DNA of 64,000 nt from Sphyrna mokarran (taxonomy: Eukaryota), in assembly GCA_024679065.1 (NCBI GenBank), contig JAGIQG010000023.1, forward strand, positions 10,168,001 to 10,232,000, read 5' to 3'. Position 1 is the first letter of the stretch. Every line of letters begins with the position of its first letter. Both the position numbers and the translations under genes were made by a program. The notes beneath the pieces are model-generated. The model ran no database searches, was not told the DNA's origin, and worked only from the letters and a program-made list of their open reading frames with translations. Positions 14,009 to 26,280 of this stretch are shown piece by piece.

Positions 14009-15262
14009 CTGTGGGAAAAAAGACAATTATTAACGGATTTTCATAGAAACTTCATTGCAGTGTTAATTAAACTTATATTAACTTGTGACACAAATTAAAT
14101 AAAACTTTAACTTCCATCTTTTAGACTTTAAAGTTTACAATGAAGAAAATAATTAAATAGTTTCATATTACCAATATTTAGACACCTCACGCACGTTGTG
14201 AGGAGGAAGAGAATGTTTCAGAGAGAGAGGTGGCAGCTGGAGCTTGTCTGAATGCAGATAATATCTATTGATTGCTCCCATGTTTAACAGATATTTATGA
14301 TAGCAGATTAGTTAGTAACAAGCATTGGAGTGTGATTTGAGGTAGACTTTGGATGTTTGCTGAGATAACAGAGAATTAAATATCTTTTCTAAAGTCCAGT
14401 CGTGACCTAAATTCTCTGATATCGAACAATCCATCCCCGTCACCAGTTGGAATAGAGAATTTGGTGCTCAGCCAAATCTCCACTCACACCAACAGGACTG
14501 GATAATTCCAGATGCGGCAGATTTTGATGAATTCCAGCCATTGTTTGTATTTAACATTCAACAGTAATTACCAATCAACTTTTAAGTGTGAGTACCGTTT
14601 CAAGTCTACAGTGAGATTTTATGGCCTCAAACGAGTAAGACTGGAAAATCCTTCTCAAGATCAACAGACGTTTCTGTTGTCTGTCCCACACCTGCTCCAA
14701 TACCACAGCTGACAAGGCAGTAAAATTCCAACGTAAGTATCGTCCAAAGGACATGTTTTGAGACATAGAAACTATCAATTGGCAGCAACTGAAATAGTTA
14801 ATTGGGGAAATGAGCTTAAACTGCTCTTTTTGTACTTAGTCCCTTTGTTTCTGAACTCAGCACTGGAGTCTGACTTCAACCGAATGTGGAGGTTCAATGA
14901 GCTGAAGGAATTTATTACAGGAGAATAAGCGAGCTGTTGGTGAGTATTGGGTGAGTATTCGGGAAATTGTCAAGGTCTATTCTCCAGGCAACGGGAGCAT
15001 GTGTGGGGCCCTTGCCAACTTGTTAATGAGGAGAGTGTGGTCCAAAGTGCAATAAATCTGACCCCATCTCTCCGGATTATAACTCTGAGCCTCTGAATTA
15101 CAATTCCTCCAACATAATCATTATTCTAACTGCCCTCTAGCTCACAGCCTTTGCACTGTTGCGGAGCCTCCAGACATCGGATCTGCCAATGTCTCCTCCC
15201 AGATAAAGCACCGATCAGTCATTTCAGTTGAGAGTAGTAAAGATAATCACTGAACAATTTAC

Positions 15263-15571
15263 CATCAGATATTTGTAGTTTTACAGGAAATATTGAAAGT
15301 TGACCGGGCTTATCAATACCACAGCTGTACCATCCTGCATCTCCTGGGTGAAGATCCTTCATAGTAACAACAAATAATCCTTGTGTTTTGTTATCTGTGA
15401 TCGACATTCTTCCTCGCCGTCCATCTGGATCGTCTGATTTTACTAAAACAGAGCACTGACGACTCCAATATTTCACATGTGACTGAGACAATTTGTCATA
15501 GTGACAATCGATAGTGATCGCTCTTCCCAAAACTCCTGTTATATTATTTTTTGACCACAATGCACTCGAAG
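15263..15571 (-). CDS. Ig receptor exon 10: V-set domain V4
   Basis: ttttcag acceptor, GTAAAT donor, 309 nt open. Confidence 0.9.
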
Positions 15572-16230
15572 CTGAAAAGGCAACAGGTCAAAAATTGAAA
15601 TGAAAATAATTGTTTAATACAAACAGATATATTTCAATAGGTTTTGCCACCATGTTCAGAGAAATCTCTGCAATACAACTTCTATTGCAATTGAATACTT
15701 CCTTGTTTGAATTCATTGGGATCATTGAATACGTGCTTCCTGCACATTGATAATAAGACGACCATATTGAGATTGTATACAAGCCCTTTATAAAGCAAGA
15801 TCTTGAGAGGTTCCATTCATCTTTTAGTCCTGTTTGGGATCTGTTGTGTTCACAGGCATGTGGTTATTATTTATTTACATTCTGTACAATAAAAGTATGA
15901 TTGCTTCACATCCAGCTCCTGGAGATTTTAAATTTTCAATCCACAATTGTCAGACAGCAGATTGTCTGCTCATGATCACATTGCTCTTTGAGGGAGTTCT
16001 TTATTGTTAATAAATTCGTGCTGAGTTTCTACATCACAACAATGGCTCTGAATCAGTTCTACCATTGACTGGAACGGAATTTTAGACTGTTCTGAACTTG
16101 TGAAAAATAAGTGCAGTTCTATTTTTATTAAAATCACTTTGAATGACCAATAGAACTAAAATGTGAGCAATTCAGATGGACATTAATTTAAAAACTTGTT
16201 GATTTTTCTGAAGCTTAACATGATATTTAC

Positions 16231-16554
16231 CAATGCTGCTGAATTGTGTGAAATAACTACAATCATTCTCTGATCTGTTGGTCACTGACACTGTAACCAT
16301 TTCACTGGATTTCTCTCCCTGGTTATTTGAGGCTGTGCAGTAATATTGATGATGTCGCTGTGTGAAGGACTGACAACGTAGATCCAGTTTATTGGTGTCA
16401 GAGATCTTTGAGTCTTCAGACGGAGTCTTTTCATACCATGTGTACTGAATGGGAAGTGATCCCTGGACAGACTCACAGGAGAGGGACACTGAGCCCCCGG
16501 AACATGAGGCATTTGGTTCTGATAGAAATTTAAGCTCAGGAACAGACACGGGTT
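16231..16554 (-). CDS. Ig receptor exon 9: C2-type domain C4
   Basis: ttcccacag acceptor, GTAAAT donor, 324 nt open. Confidence 0.9.
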
Positions 16555-17774
16555 CTGTGGGAAAAAAGCAATCATTAATGGATTTTCACAGTAACCTAAT
16601 TGCAGTGTTTATGTAGTCTACTTGTGACACTGAGTAAAAAAAAAATAACTTTAAACTTTAAATGATTAAACTTTAGAATGACCAAAAAATTAAATAGTTT
16701 CATATTACCAGTATTTCCACACCTCACGCAGGATATGAAGAGGAAGGGAGAGAGAGAGAGATGGCAGTGAGAACTTGGCCGAATGCAGATAGTATCTATT
16801 GATTGCTGTCACGGACAGCAGATATTTACGATAGCAGTGACAAGCATTGGAATGTGACCTGAGATAGCCTGTGTATATTTGCTGAGCTAATGGAGATTTA
16901 AATATCTTTCCTAAAATATAATCTTGAGCTGAATATTCTGACATTGAACGACCCGCCCCTGCTGCCGGTTGGAATAGGGAATTTGGCATTCAGCTGAATC
17001 TCCATTTACAACGGCGGGACTGGATAATTCCAGCTGAGGACGGGTTTAGTGAATTTCAGGCATTGTTTATATTTGTATTTAACATTCGACAGTAAGTAGC
17101 AATCAACATTTAAGTGTTAGTACTGTTTCAAGTCTAGGGTGGGGTTTCATGGCGTCGAACGACCAAGACTGAAAAATCCCGCTAAAGGTTAACAGACATT
17201 TCCATTGTCTGCTCCAGACCCGCTCTGATATCACAGCGGGTAAGGCAGTAAAATTCTGACGGAAGTATCATCCAAAGGACAGAAGTTGGAAGCTATCAGC
17301 TGGCACCAAGTGAAATAGTTAATAGGGAAAACTGAATTGAAGTACTCTTTTTGTTCTGAATCCCTTTGTTTTTGAACTCAGCACTGGAGTCCGACTTCAA
17401 CCAAGTGTGGAGGTTTAATGAGTTGAAGGAATTTACTACAGGGGAAGAAGTGAACTGTTGGTGAGTATCCAGGAAGTGGTCAAGGTCTATTATCCAGGCG
17501 TGGGGAGCATGAGTGGGATGCTTACCAACTTGTTAACCAGGAGAGCATGGTCGAAGGTGCAATAAATCTAACCTCATCTCTCTGGATCATCACTTTGAGC
17601 CTCTGAATTGCAATTCCTCCAACATAATCATTGTTCTAACTGCCCTCTAGCTGCCAGACTCTGCACTGCTGCGGCGTCCCAGAAATTTGGAGCTGTCAAT
17701 ATCTCCTCCCAGATAAAGCACCAATCAGACATTTCAGTTGAGAGTAATAAAGATAATCACTGAGAACAATTTAC

Positions 17775-18083
17775 CATCAGATATTTGTAGTCTTACAGGA
17801 AATATTGAAAGAAGGCCAGGTTTATCAATACCACAGCTGTACCATCCTGCATCTCCTGGGCGAAGATCCTCCATAGTAACAACAAAGATTCCTTGTGTCT
17901 TATTATCTGTCATTGACATTCTCCCTCGCCGTCCATCTGGGTCGTCTGATTTTACCAAAACAGAGCACTGACGACTCCAATATTTCACATGTGATTGGGA
18001 CAATTTGTCATAGTGACAATTGATAGTGATCGCTCTTCCCAAAACTCCTGTTACATTATTTTTTGCTCGCAATGAGCTCGGAG
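17775..18083 (-). CDS. Ig receptor exon 8: V-set domain V3
   Basis: tcttcag acceptor, GTAAAT donor, 309 nt open. Confidence 0.9.
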
Positions 18084-18747
18084 CTGAAGAGACAACAGGT
18101 CAAAAATTGAACTGAAAATCATTGTTTCATTCTAACAGATGTATTTCAATAAAATTTGCCACTGTGTTCGGAGAAATCTCTCAATACATCTTGGAATGCA
18201 ACTGAATGATTCCTTGTTAGAGATTGTTGGGATCATTGAACATGTTCTCCCCGTGGGGATTGATAATTAAGCAACTAAGATTGTATTCTATACTCTTTAT
18301 AAAGCAAGACTTTGAAAGATTCCACTAATCTTTTAGTCCTGGTTGGGATCTGTTGGGTTCACCACAGGCATGTGGGGTTTTTTTATTTTCATTTTGTACA
18401 ATAAAAGAACAGTTCTTTCACACCCGACTCCTGGCATTATTATATTCTCAAACAGAATTGTGAGACAGCAGATTATCTGCTCATGATCACATTCCTCTTT
18501 GAAGGACTTTATTGCTTATAAATTGGCATTGAGCTTCCTACATCACAGCAATGGCTCTGAATCAGCCCCAGCATTGACCAAAATGGAATTTAAAACTGAT
18601 CTGAATTTGTGAAAAGTGGAAAATAAATGTAAATCTATTTTTATCAAAATTAATTTGAACGAACAATAGAACTAAACCCGTGAGCAATTCTGACAAACAT
18701 GATTTTAAAAATTAGTTGAATTGTTTGAAGCCTCAACTGACACTTAC

Positions 18748-19071
18748 CAATGCTGCTGATTTGTGTTAAGTAACTGCAATCATTCTCTGAAATGTAGATC
18801 ACTGACACTGTAATCATTTTACTGGATTTTTCTCCCTGGTTATTTGAGGCTGTGCAGTAATATTGATGATGTTGTTGTGTGAAGGATTGACAATGTAGAT
18901 CTAGTTTATTGGTGTCAGAGATCTTTGAATCTTCAGATGGGATCTTTTCATACCATGTGTACTGAATGGGAAGTGATCCCTGGACAGACTCACAGGAAAC
19001 AGATACTGAGCCGCCAGAACATGAGGCATTTGGTGATGATAGAAATTTCAGTTCAGGAACGGACACGGGTT
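18748..19071 (-). CDS. Ig receptor exon 7: C2-type domain C3
   Basis: ttcccacag acceptor, GTAAGT donor, 324 nt open. Confidence 0.9.
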
Positions 19072-20330
19072 CTGTGGGAAAAAAGACAATTATTAACTGA
19101 TTTTCATATAAGCAATCATTAACGGATTTTCACTTTAACTTCATTCAGTGTTAATGTAACATTAATTGTGATACTGAATAAAAAAGGCTTTAACTTTAAA
19201 CTTTAAATGGCTAAACTTTAGAGTGACCAAAAAACTAAATAATTTCATATTACCAGTATTTCTCCACCTCAACCAGGATATGAGGAAGGGGAAGTGTTAG
19301 AAGGGAGAGAGAGAGATGGCAGTTGGAACTTGGCCAAATGCAGATAGTATCTAATGATTGCTCTCATGGAGAGCAGGTATTTACGATAGCAGATTAGTTA
19401 GTGACAAGCATTGGAATGTGATCTGAGATGAACTGTATATGTTTGAAGAGATAATGGAGACTTGAATATCTTTCTTAAAATCTAATCTTGTGTTGAATAG
19501 TCTGATATCAAGTAATCTGTCCCCACTGCCAGTTGGAATGGGGAATTTGGCACTCAGCCGAATCTCCATTCACAGCAGCGAAACTGGATAATTCCAGCTG
19601 CAAATGAGTTGGGTGAATTCCAGCCATTGTTTACATTTGTATTTAACATTTAACATTAAGTACCATTCAACATTAAAGTATGAGTCCTGTTTCGAATCTA
19701 GGGCGGGGTTTTATGACTTCGTACAAGTGAGACTGGAAAACCCCGCCCAAAGTTAACAGACATTTCCGTTGTCTGCCCCACACCCGCTCTGATACCATGG
19801 CGGGTAAGGCAGTAAAATTCCAATGTAAATGTCATCCAAAGGACACGAGCTTGGGGATAGAAGCTATTACCTGGCAGCAACTGAAATAGATAATTGGGGA
19901 AATTGGCTTGATCTGCTCTTTTTGTACCGAGTCTCTAGTTTTGAACTCAGCACTGGAGTCTGGCTTCAACCGCGTGTGGAGGTTTCATGGGCTGAAGGAA
20001 TTTACTACAGGGGAAAATGTGACCTTTCGGTAAATATCTGGTGAGTATTCGAGAATTGGTCAAGGTTTATTATCCAGGCACCGGGAGATGTGTGGAGTCC
20101 TTGCCAACTTATTAACCAGGAGAGTGTGGTCCAAGGTGCAATAAATCTGCCCCCATCTCTCTGGATCAATACTCTGAGCCTCTGAATTACAATTCCTCCA
20201 AAATAATCATTGTTCTAACTGTACTTGCTGCGGTCTCCAGAGATCGGAGTTGTCAATGTCTCCTCTCAGATAAAGCACAATCAGACATTTCAGTTGAGAG
20301 TAATAAAGATAATCACTAAGAACAATTTAC

Positions 20331-20639
20331 CGTCAGATATTTGTAGCTTTACAGGAAATATTGAAAGGAAGCCGGGCTTATCAATACCACAGCTGTACCA
20401 TCCTGCATCTCCTGAGCGAAGATCCTCCATAGTAACAACAAATAATCCTTGTGTCTTGTTATCTGTGATTGACATTCTCCCTCGCCGTCCATCTGGATCA
20501 TTTGATTTTACCAAAACAGAGCACTGACGACTCCAATATTTCACATGTGACTGGGACAATTTGTCATAGTGACAATCGATAGTGATCGCTCTTCCCAAAA
20601 CTCCTGTTACAATATTTTTTGCTCGCAATGCACTCGGTG
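20331..20639 (-). CDS. Ig receptor exon 6: V-set domain V2
   Basis: ttctcag acceptor, GTAAAT donor, 309 nt open. Confidence 0.9.
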
Positions 20640-20821
20640 CTGAGAAGACAATAAGTCAAAAATTGAACTGACAATAATTGTTAAATACAAACAGATATTT
20701 TTCAATCGGATTTACCACTGTGTTCAGAGAAATCTCTGCAATACATTTTGGAATGCAATTGATTACTTCCTTGTTTGAGATCATTGGACTCATTGAATAT
20801 GTTCTCCCTGCGGATTGATAA

Positions 20822-21962
20822 TTGTTGTTCATCCATCATCATCGATGAGGACCTCGACACCATTAATCATTTTGAGTCTGGTTGCGGTGTCTCTAAAGAT
20901 GGCTGATCGGCCAATTCGGGCGTGGGATGTCCTGGCACATATTGGACAGACTTGTGTGGACACTGTAGTTGTTACAATGGTGGCTCTGGACTTGCGCAGC
21001 TCGCCCTTAAGTTGTCCTTCAGGAATACACCTTGCTACGTGAGCTTGACATCCTCCATGGATGAGGCAGCTCCAGGTAGGGCGGTGTTGTGCCAGCAGGG
21101 TGGTCAAGCGACTTCAGGAAGGTCTTGAGTATGTCTTTGAAACTTTTGTTTTGCCCTCCATTCGAGGGTCTTCAAGCAAAGAGTTCTCCAAAAAGGAGCT
21201 GCTTGGACATGCGCTTATCAGACATATGGATGACATGACCTGCCCAGTGGGTCTGCGCTCTCATCAGCAGTAGGGTTGTCCAAAAGTGTGCGCATGTTCC
21301 AAGTGCTAATGGTGAGCGGTGTCACCTTGTGTTTTGTTTGTTTGACCGCAAGCTGGGATCCCCACCAGCTGCAGTAAACTGGCCAAGGTGTAGGCAATGT
21401 TTAGGGCACTTTTCTAGCCCCTTCCTCATTCTACTGAGGTGAGCGATGTGTTCCTGAAGAGGACTGCTCAATCGCACAGGTAGACGCCAAGTTCCACTGC
21501 TACTTTGGTCAGCAGAAAATGACCATTACACCTGAGCCATCTGTGTGCAGGTCCGTGACTACAGCTCCCAGTGTATCCACACCTGCTGCTTTGTCGCTCA
21601 CCCATCGCCATGGGACTTCAAGGATTGAACAGGACACTGATGATGATGATGATGATGATGAAAATGTCAAAACTAGCATTTGGTTTGGATTAAAGTGAGG
21701 GAGATTTGCGCAGTGTCAGCCTCGCTCTCTCTTCTTATTCCCATCTAGATCCAGTGACGAGACAAGAGTCAAGGTGGCTGGAGATGGGACTAGGTGCAAT
21801 GGATGACCAGGGCGTCTTCTATGTCTTGTTCTGCTCTTCGTGTTCCATGATGCTTGCAGAAACCATCTTCTTGACTGTTGGATCTTCCATTGGTCTAATC
21901 CACTCAATCCACCAAAGTCAATCTTTACATGCTGAGATAGACATCTCCCTGTTTCACTGAAG
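20822..21962 (-). mobile_element. Internally deleted (non-autonomous) RTE-clade LINE with target-site duplication
   Basis: APE start LTISTWNMRTLLDNP (~21275-21325) abuts C-terminal motifs HWAGHV..KQLLFGEL and CPICARTSHARIG. Tail gatgatgatggatgaacaacaa. TSD GGATTGATAA at 20812-20821 and 21963-21972. Absent from the other units. Confidence 0.8.
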
Positions 21963-22481
21963 GGATTGATAAATAGTCAATCATTTTAAGATTGTATACT
22001 ACATATTGAGATTGTATACTATGTCCTTTATAAAGCAAGACCCGGAGAGGTTCCATTGATCTTTTAGTCCTTGTTGGGATCTGTTGTGTTTACCATAGGT
22101 GGTTGGTTATTGTTTATTTTCACTTTGGGCAGTAAAAGCACAGTTCCTTCCCATTAAGCTCCTGGAGTTATTAAATTCTCAAACAGCAATTCTCAGACAG
22201 CATCAGACTGTCTGTTCATTATCACATTCCTCTTGGAGGGAGCTTATTGCTTATAAATTGGCACTGATCTTCCTATATCACAACATTGGCTCTGAATCAG
22301 TTCTAGCATTGACCAAAATGGACTTTAAAACTGTCCAGAACTTGTGAAAAGTGAAAAATAAATGCAATTCTATTTTTATTAAAAATTTGTTTGAGGACCA
22401 AAAGAACTAAACCCATGAGCAATTTAGGCAGACATTAATTTAAATTTTAATTGAATTTCTAAAGCTTAAAGAGATATTTAC

Positions 22482-22805
22482 CAATGTTGCTGATTTGTGT
22501 TAAATAACTGCAATCATTCTCTGAAACATGGATCACTGACACTGTAACCATTTCACTGGATTTTGCTCCCTGGTTATTTGAGGCTCTGCAGTAATATCGA
22601 TGATGTTGCTGTGTGAAGGATTGACAATGTAGATCCAGTTTATTGGCGTCAGAGATCTTTGAATCTTGAGACGGGGTCTTTTCATACCACGTGTACTGAA
22701 TGGGAAGTGATCCCTGGACGGACTCACAGGAGATGGACACTGAGCCCCCAGAGCATGAGGCATTTGGTGGTGATAGAAATTTAATTTCAGGAACAGACAC
22801 GGGTT
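22482..22805 (-). CDS. Ig receptor exon 5: C2-type domain C2
   Basis: ccccacag acceptor, GTAAAT donor, 324 nt open. Confidence 0.9.
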
Positions 22806-24036
22806 CTGTGGGGAAAAAGAAACAATCATTAAAAGATTTTCACAGCAACTTCATCGCAGTGTAAATGTAAGCCTGCTTGTGATACAAATTAAATAAAAGT
22901 TTAACTTCCAACTTTAAAACTTTAAATTTTAGAATGACCAAAAAATTAAATAGTTTCATATTACCAGTATTTCTCCACCTCATCCAGTGTGTGAGGAGGA
23001 AGGGAAAGTATTAGAGAGAGATGGCAGTGTGAACTTGGTTGAATTCAGATAGTATCTATTGATTGCTCTCACGGACAGCAGATATTCATGATAGTAGGTT
23101 TGTTCATGACAAGCATTGGAGTGTGACCTGAGATAGGCTGTGTATGTTTGCTGAAAAAACAGAGACTTAAATATCTTTCCTACAATCTAATCTTGTCCTG
23201 AATTCTCCGACATCTAGCGATCCACCCCCACTATCAGTTGAGATAGGGGATTTGGTGCTCAGCCAAATCTCCACTCACAGAAGCGGGACTGGATAATTCC
23301 AGCTGAGGACAATTTTGGAGAATTCCAGACAATGTTTGTAATTAACATTAAACATTAAGTACTATTTAACCTTGAGATGTGAGTACTGTTTAAAGTCTAC
23401 GATGGATTTTATGGCCTCAAACGAGCAAGACTGGAAAATCACACCCAAGATCAACAGACATTTCTGCTGTCTGCCCCACACCTGCTCTGATACCATGACG
23501 GGCAAGGCAGTAAAATTCCGATGTAAGTATCATCCAAAGGACATGAGTTGGAAGGTAGAAGTTATCCGCTGGCAGCAAGTGCAATAGTTAATTGCAGAAA
23601 CTGGCTTGAACTGCTTTTTTTGTACTGAGTCCCTTTGTTTTTGAGCTCCGCACTGGAATCTGACTTCAACCAAGTGTGAAGGTTTAATGAGCTGAAGGAA
23701 TTTACTACAGGAGAAGAAGTGAGCTGTGAGTGAGTATCGGGTGAGTATTTGGGAATCCAGGCATCAGGAGCATGGGTGAGGTTCTTGCCAACTTGTTAAC
23801 CAGGGCAGCATGGTCAAGGTGCAATAAATCTGCCCCCATCTCTCCAGATCATTACTCTGAGCCTCTGAATTACAATTCCTCCAACATAATCATTGTTCTA
23901 ACTGCTTTCTAGCTGCCAGACTCTGCACTACTGCAGAGCCTCCAGACATCAGAGCTGTCAATATCTCCTCTCAGATAAATTACTGATCAGATATTTCATT
24001 CAAGAGTAATAAAGGTAATCACTGAGAACAATTCAC

Positions 24037-24345
24037 CTTCAGATATTTGTAGCTTTACAGGAAATATTGAACGGAGGCCGGACTTAGAAATACCACAGGT
24101 GTACCATCCTGCATCTCCTGGGCGAAGATCCTCCATAGTAACGACAAATAATCCTTGTGTCTTATTATCTGTGATCGACATTCTCCCTCGCCGTCCATCT
24201 GGATCGTCTGATTTTACCAAAAGAGAGCACTGACGATGCCAATATTTCACATGTGACTGGGACAATTTGTCATAGTGACAATCGATAGTGATCGCTCTTC
24301 CCAAAACTCCTGTTACACTATTTTCTGCCCACAAAGTACTTGGAG
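24037..24345 (-). CDS. Ig receptor exon 4: V-set domain V1
   Basis: ttttcag acceptor, GTGAAT donor, 309 nt open. Most divergent repeat V (KYWHRQC, GISKSGLRSIF). Confidence 0.9.
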
Positions 24346-24965
24346 CTGAAAAGACAACAGGTCAAAAATTGAACTAAAAATAGTTGTTTAATATAAACAG
24401 CTATATTTCAGTAGAATTCAGTAAATCTCCCTGATACAGCTTGGAATGCAATTGATATAATTTGGCTCATTGAATATATTCTCCCCATAGATTGATAATT
24501 AGACAACCATATTGAGATTCTATACTAAGCCCTTTATAAAGCAAGACCTTGAGTGGTTCCATTAATCTTTTCATCCTGGTTGGGATCTGTTGGGTTCACC
24601 ACAGGCGTATGGTTATTGTTTATTTTCATTTTGTACAAAAAAGCACAGTTCCTTCACATCTATCTCCTGGAGTTATTATATTTTCAAACAGCAATTGTTC
24701 GACAGTAAATTGTCTGTTCATGTTCACATTGCTCTTTGAGGGAACCTATTGCTCACACGTTGGTGCTGAGCTTCCTACATTGGTTCTGAATCAGTTCCAG
24801 CATTGACCAGAACGGACTTCAAAACTATCCTGAAGTTAATGAAAAGTGAAAAATAAATGCAATTCTATTTTTATTAAAATTGCAATTAAAATGATCAATA
24901 AAACTAAACCCATAAGCAATTCAGACAGACATAATTAAATTCCTGTAGCTTAAAGAGATGTTTAC

Positions 24966-25289
24966 CAATGTTGCTGATTTGTGTTAAATAACTGCAATCA
25001 TTCTCTGAAATGTGGATCACTGACACTGTAACCGTTTCACTGGATTTGTTTCCCTGGTTATTTGAGGCTGTGCAGTAATATTGATGATGTCGCTCTGTGA
25101 AGGATTGACAATGTAGATCCAGTTTATTGGTGTCAGAGATCTTTGAATCTTCAGACGGGGTCTTTTCATACCATGAGTACTGAATGGGAAGTGATCCCTT
25201 GAGAGACTCACAGGAGACGGACACTGAGCCCCCAGAACATGAGGCACTTGGTGGTGATAAAAATCTAAGTTCAGGAACAGACACAGGTT
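24966..25289 (-). CDS. Ig receptor exon 3: C2-type domain C1
   Basis: ttcccacag acceptor, GTAAAC donor, 324 nt open. Confidence 0.9.
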
Positions 25290-25731
25290 CTGTGGGAAAG
25301 AAACAAACATTCAGAAATTGACTGAACATTTAAAAATCAAACACTCCGTGAATTTCAGTTCACAACCTCTCATTCAGGGTCAGTCATGTTGTAATCTCAC
25401 CAATACATCCAGCTCTCCACATGTCTCCATCTTCCAAACAGTCTGAACTACATTCTCTATTATTATTTCAGAATATAGCAGCTCTCCAGGTCAGACCATG
25501 AACCAGGAGACAAAGATTTAAATTAATTGGTGAATAGATTAGAGGAGATTTGGGACAATGGGTTATTTCACTCGGGAGATGTTGAGAGTCTGGAATTCAC
25601 TGCCTGGAAGAGTGGGAGAGGATGGGAGAGGTGGATAACCTGATCAGATTAAAGAAAATGGATTAAACTTGAGATGCTGTAACCTATGGATCTCTGGATC
25701 AAGAACTAGATGGTGGGATTGGATTGGACCT

Positions 25732-25899
25732 AGCGTGGCACAGTGGCACAGTGATTAACACTGCAACCTCACAGCGCCAGGGACCCGGATTCAATTCCAG
25801 CATTGGCTGTGTGGTCAGTGTGGAGTTTGCATGTTCTCCCTGCGTCTGCCTGGTTTTCCTCTAGATGTTTCAGTTTCCTCCCACAGCCAAAGATGTGCA
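25732..25899 (+). mobile_element. tRNA-derived V-domain SINE (HE1-like), partial
   Basis: A-box/B-box-like head (ggcacagtg..ggattcaattcc) followed by V-SINE core gtgtggagtttgcatgttctccc..ttcctcccacag. Confidence 0.7.
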
Positions 25900-25909
25900 T
25901 ATATCCACG

Positions 25910-26280
25910 GGGAGGTGACAGACTATTGGTGTTATTACTCGCCTAATAATCCAGAATCTCGGTTAATGTTCTAGGGACTCAGGTTTGAATCCCACCATGG
26001 CAGGTGGTGGAATTTGATTTCAATAAGGAAATTCTGGAATTAAGGATCTACTGATGACCATGAAACATTGTCAGCTGTTGGAAATACCCATCTGGTTCAC
26101 GAATGCCTACTAGGGAATGAAATCTACCATCCTTTCCTGGTCTGGCCTACATGAGATGCCAGAGCCACAGCAATGTGGTAATTCTTAACTGTCCTCTGAA
26201 ATGCCCTTGCAAACTCTCAGGATGAGCAATAAATGCCACCCAGCCAGCAATGCCCACGTCTTCAAATGATTGAAAAAGAA
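25910..26280 (+). mobile_element. tRNA-derived SINE, unclassified (related copy at ~45880-46220)
   Basis: B-box ggtttgaatccc and a body shared with 45880-46220 (ctggtctggcctacatg..gatgcccac); A-rich end. Confidence 0.55.

Larger units (their letters stand above)
1..25310 (-). repeat. Tandem array of ten ~2.35-2.57 kb units (C2 exon - intron - V exon - intron), continuing past the left edge
   Basis: V-exon ends recur at 261, 2768, 5336, 7878, 10231, 12715, 15263, 17775, 20331 and 24037. Spacing is 2353-2568 nt, except 3706 where a ~1.15-kb RTE is inserted. Introns align with many substitutions and indels. Homology stops ~20 nt upstream of the acceptor at 25290. Confidence 0.97.

Noticed and set aside
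17382-17460. Apparent 79-nt antisense exon in each unit (tttgaactcag..GTGAGT; LESDFNQVWRFNELKEF)
   Set aside because: Other copies have stops, deletions or lost splice sites, so it is not maintained as coding. A non-coding antisense exon cannot be excluded without RNA data.
224-20527. Plus-strand ORFs antisense to the V exons (..NNLPSDICSFTGNIE..)
   Set aside because: Antisense shadows of the V exons, with variable starts and ends.
1263-25310. Recurrent ~80-98 aa alternative-frame ORF over the C2 exons (..QMPHVLGAQC..INWIYIVN..)
   Set aside because: Shadow frame copied along with the recent duplications. It is broken by a stop in C3, has no ATG or splice context and no recognisable domain.
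1-25310. Reading the array as ten separate small genes, or as an assembly artefact
   Set aside because: No leader, TM or stop exon is recognisable within units. The units differ by many SNPs, indels and a private insertion.
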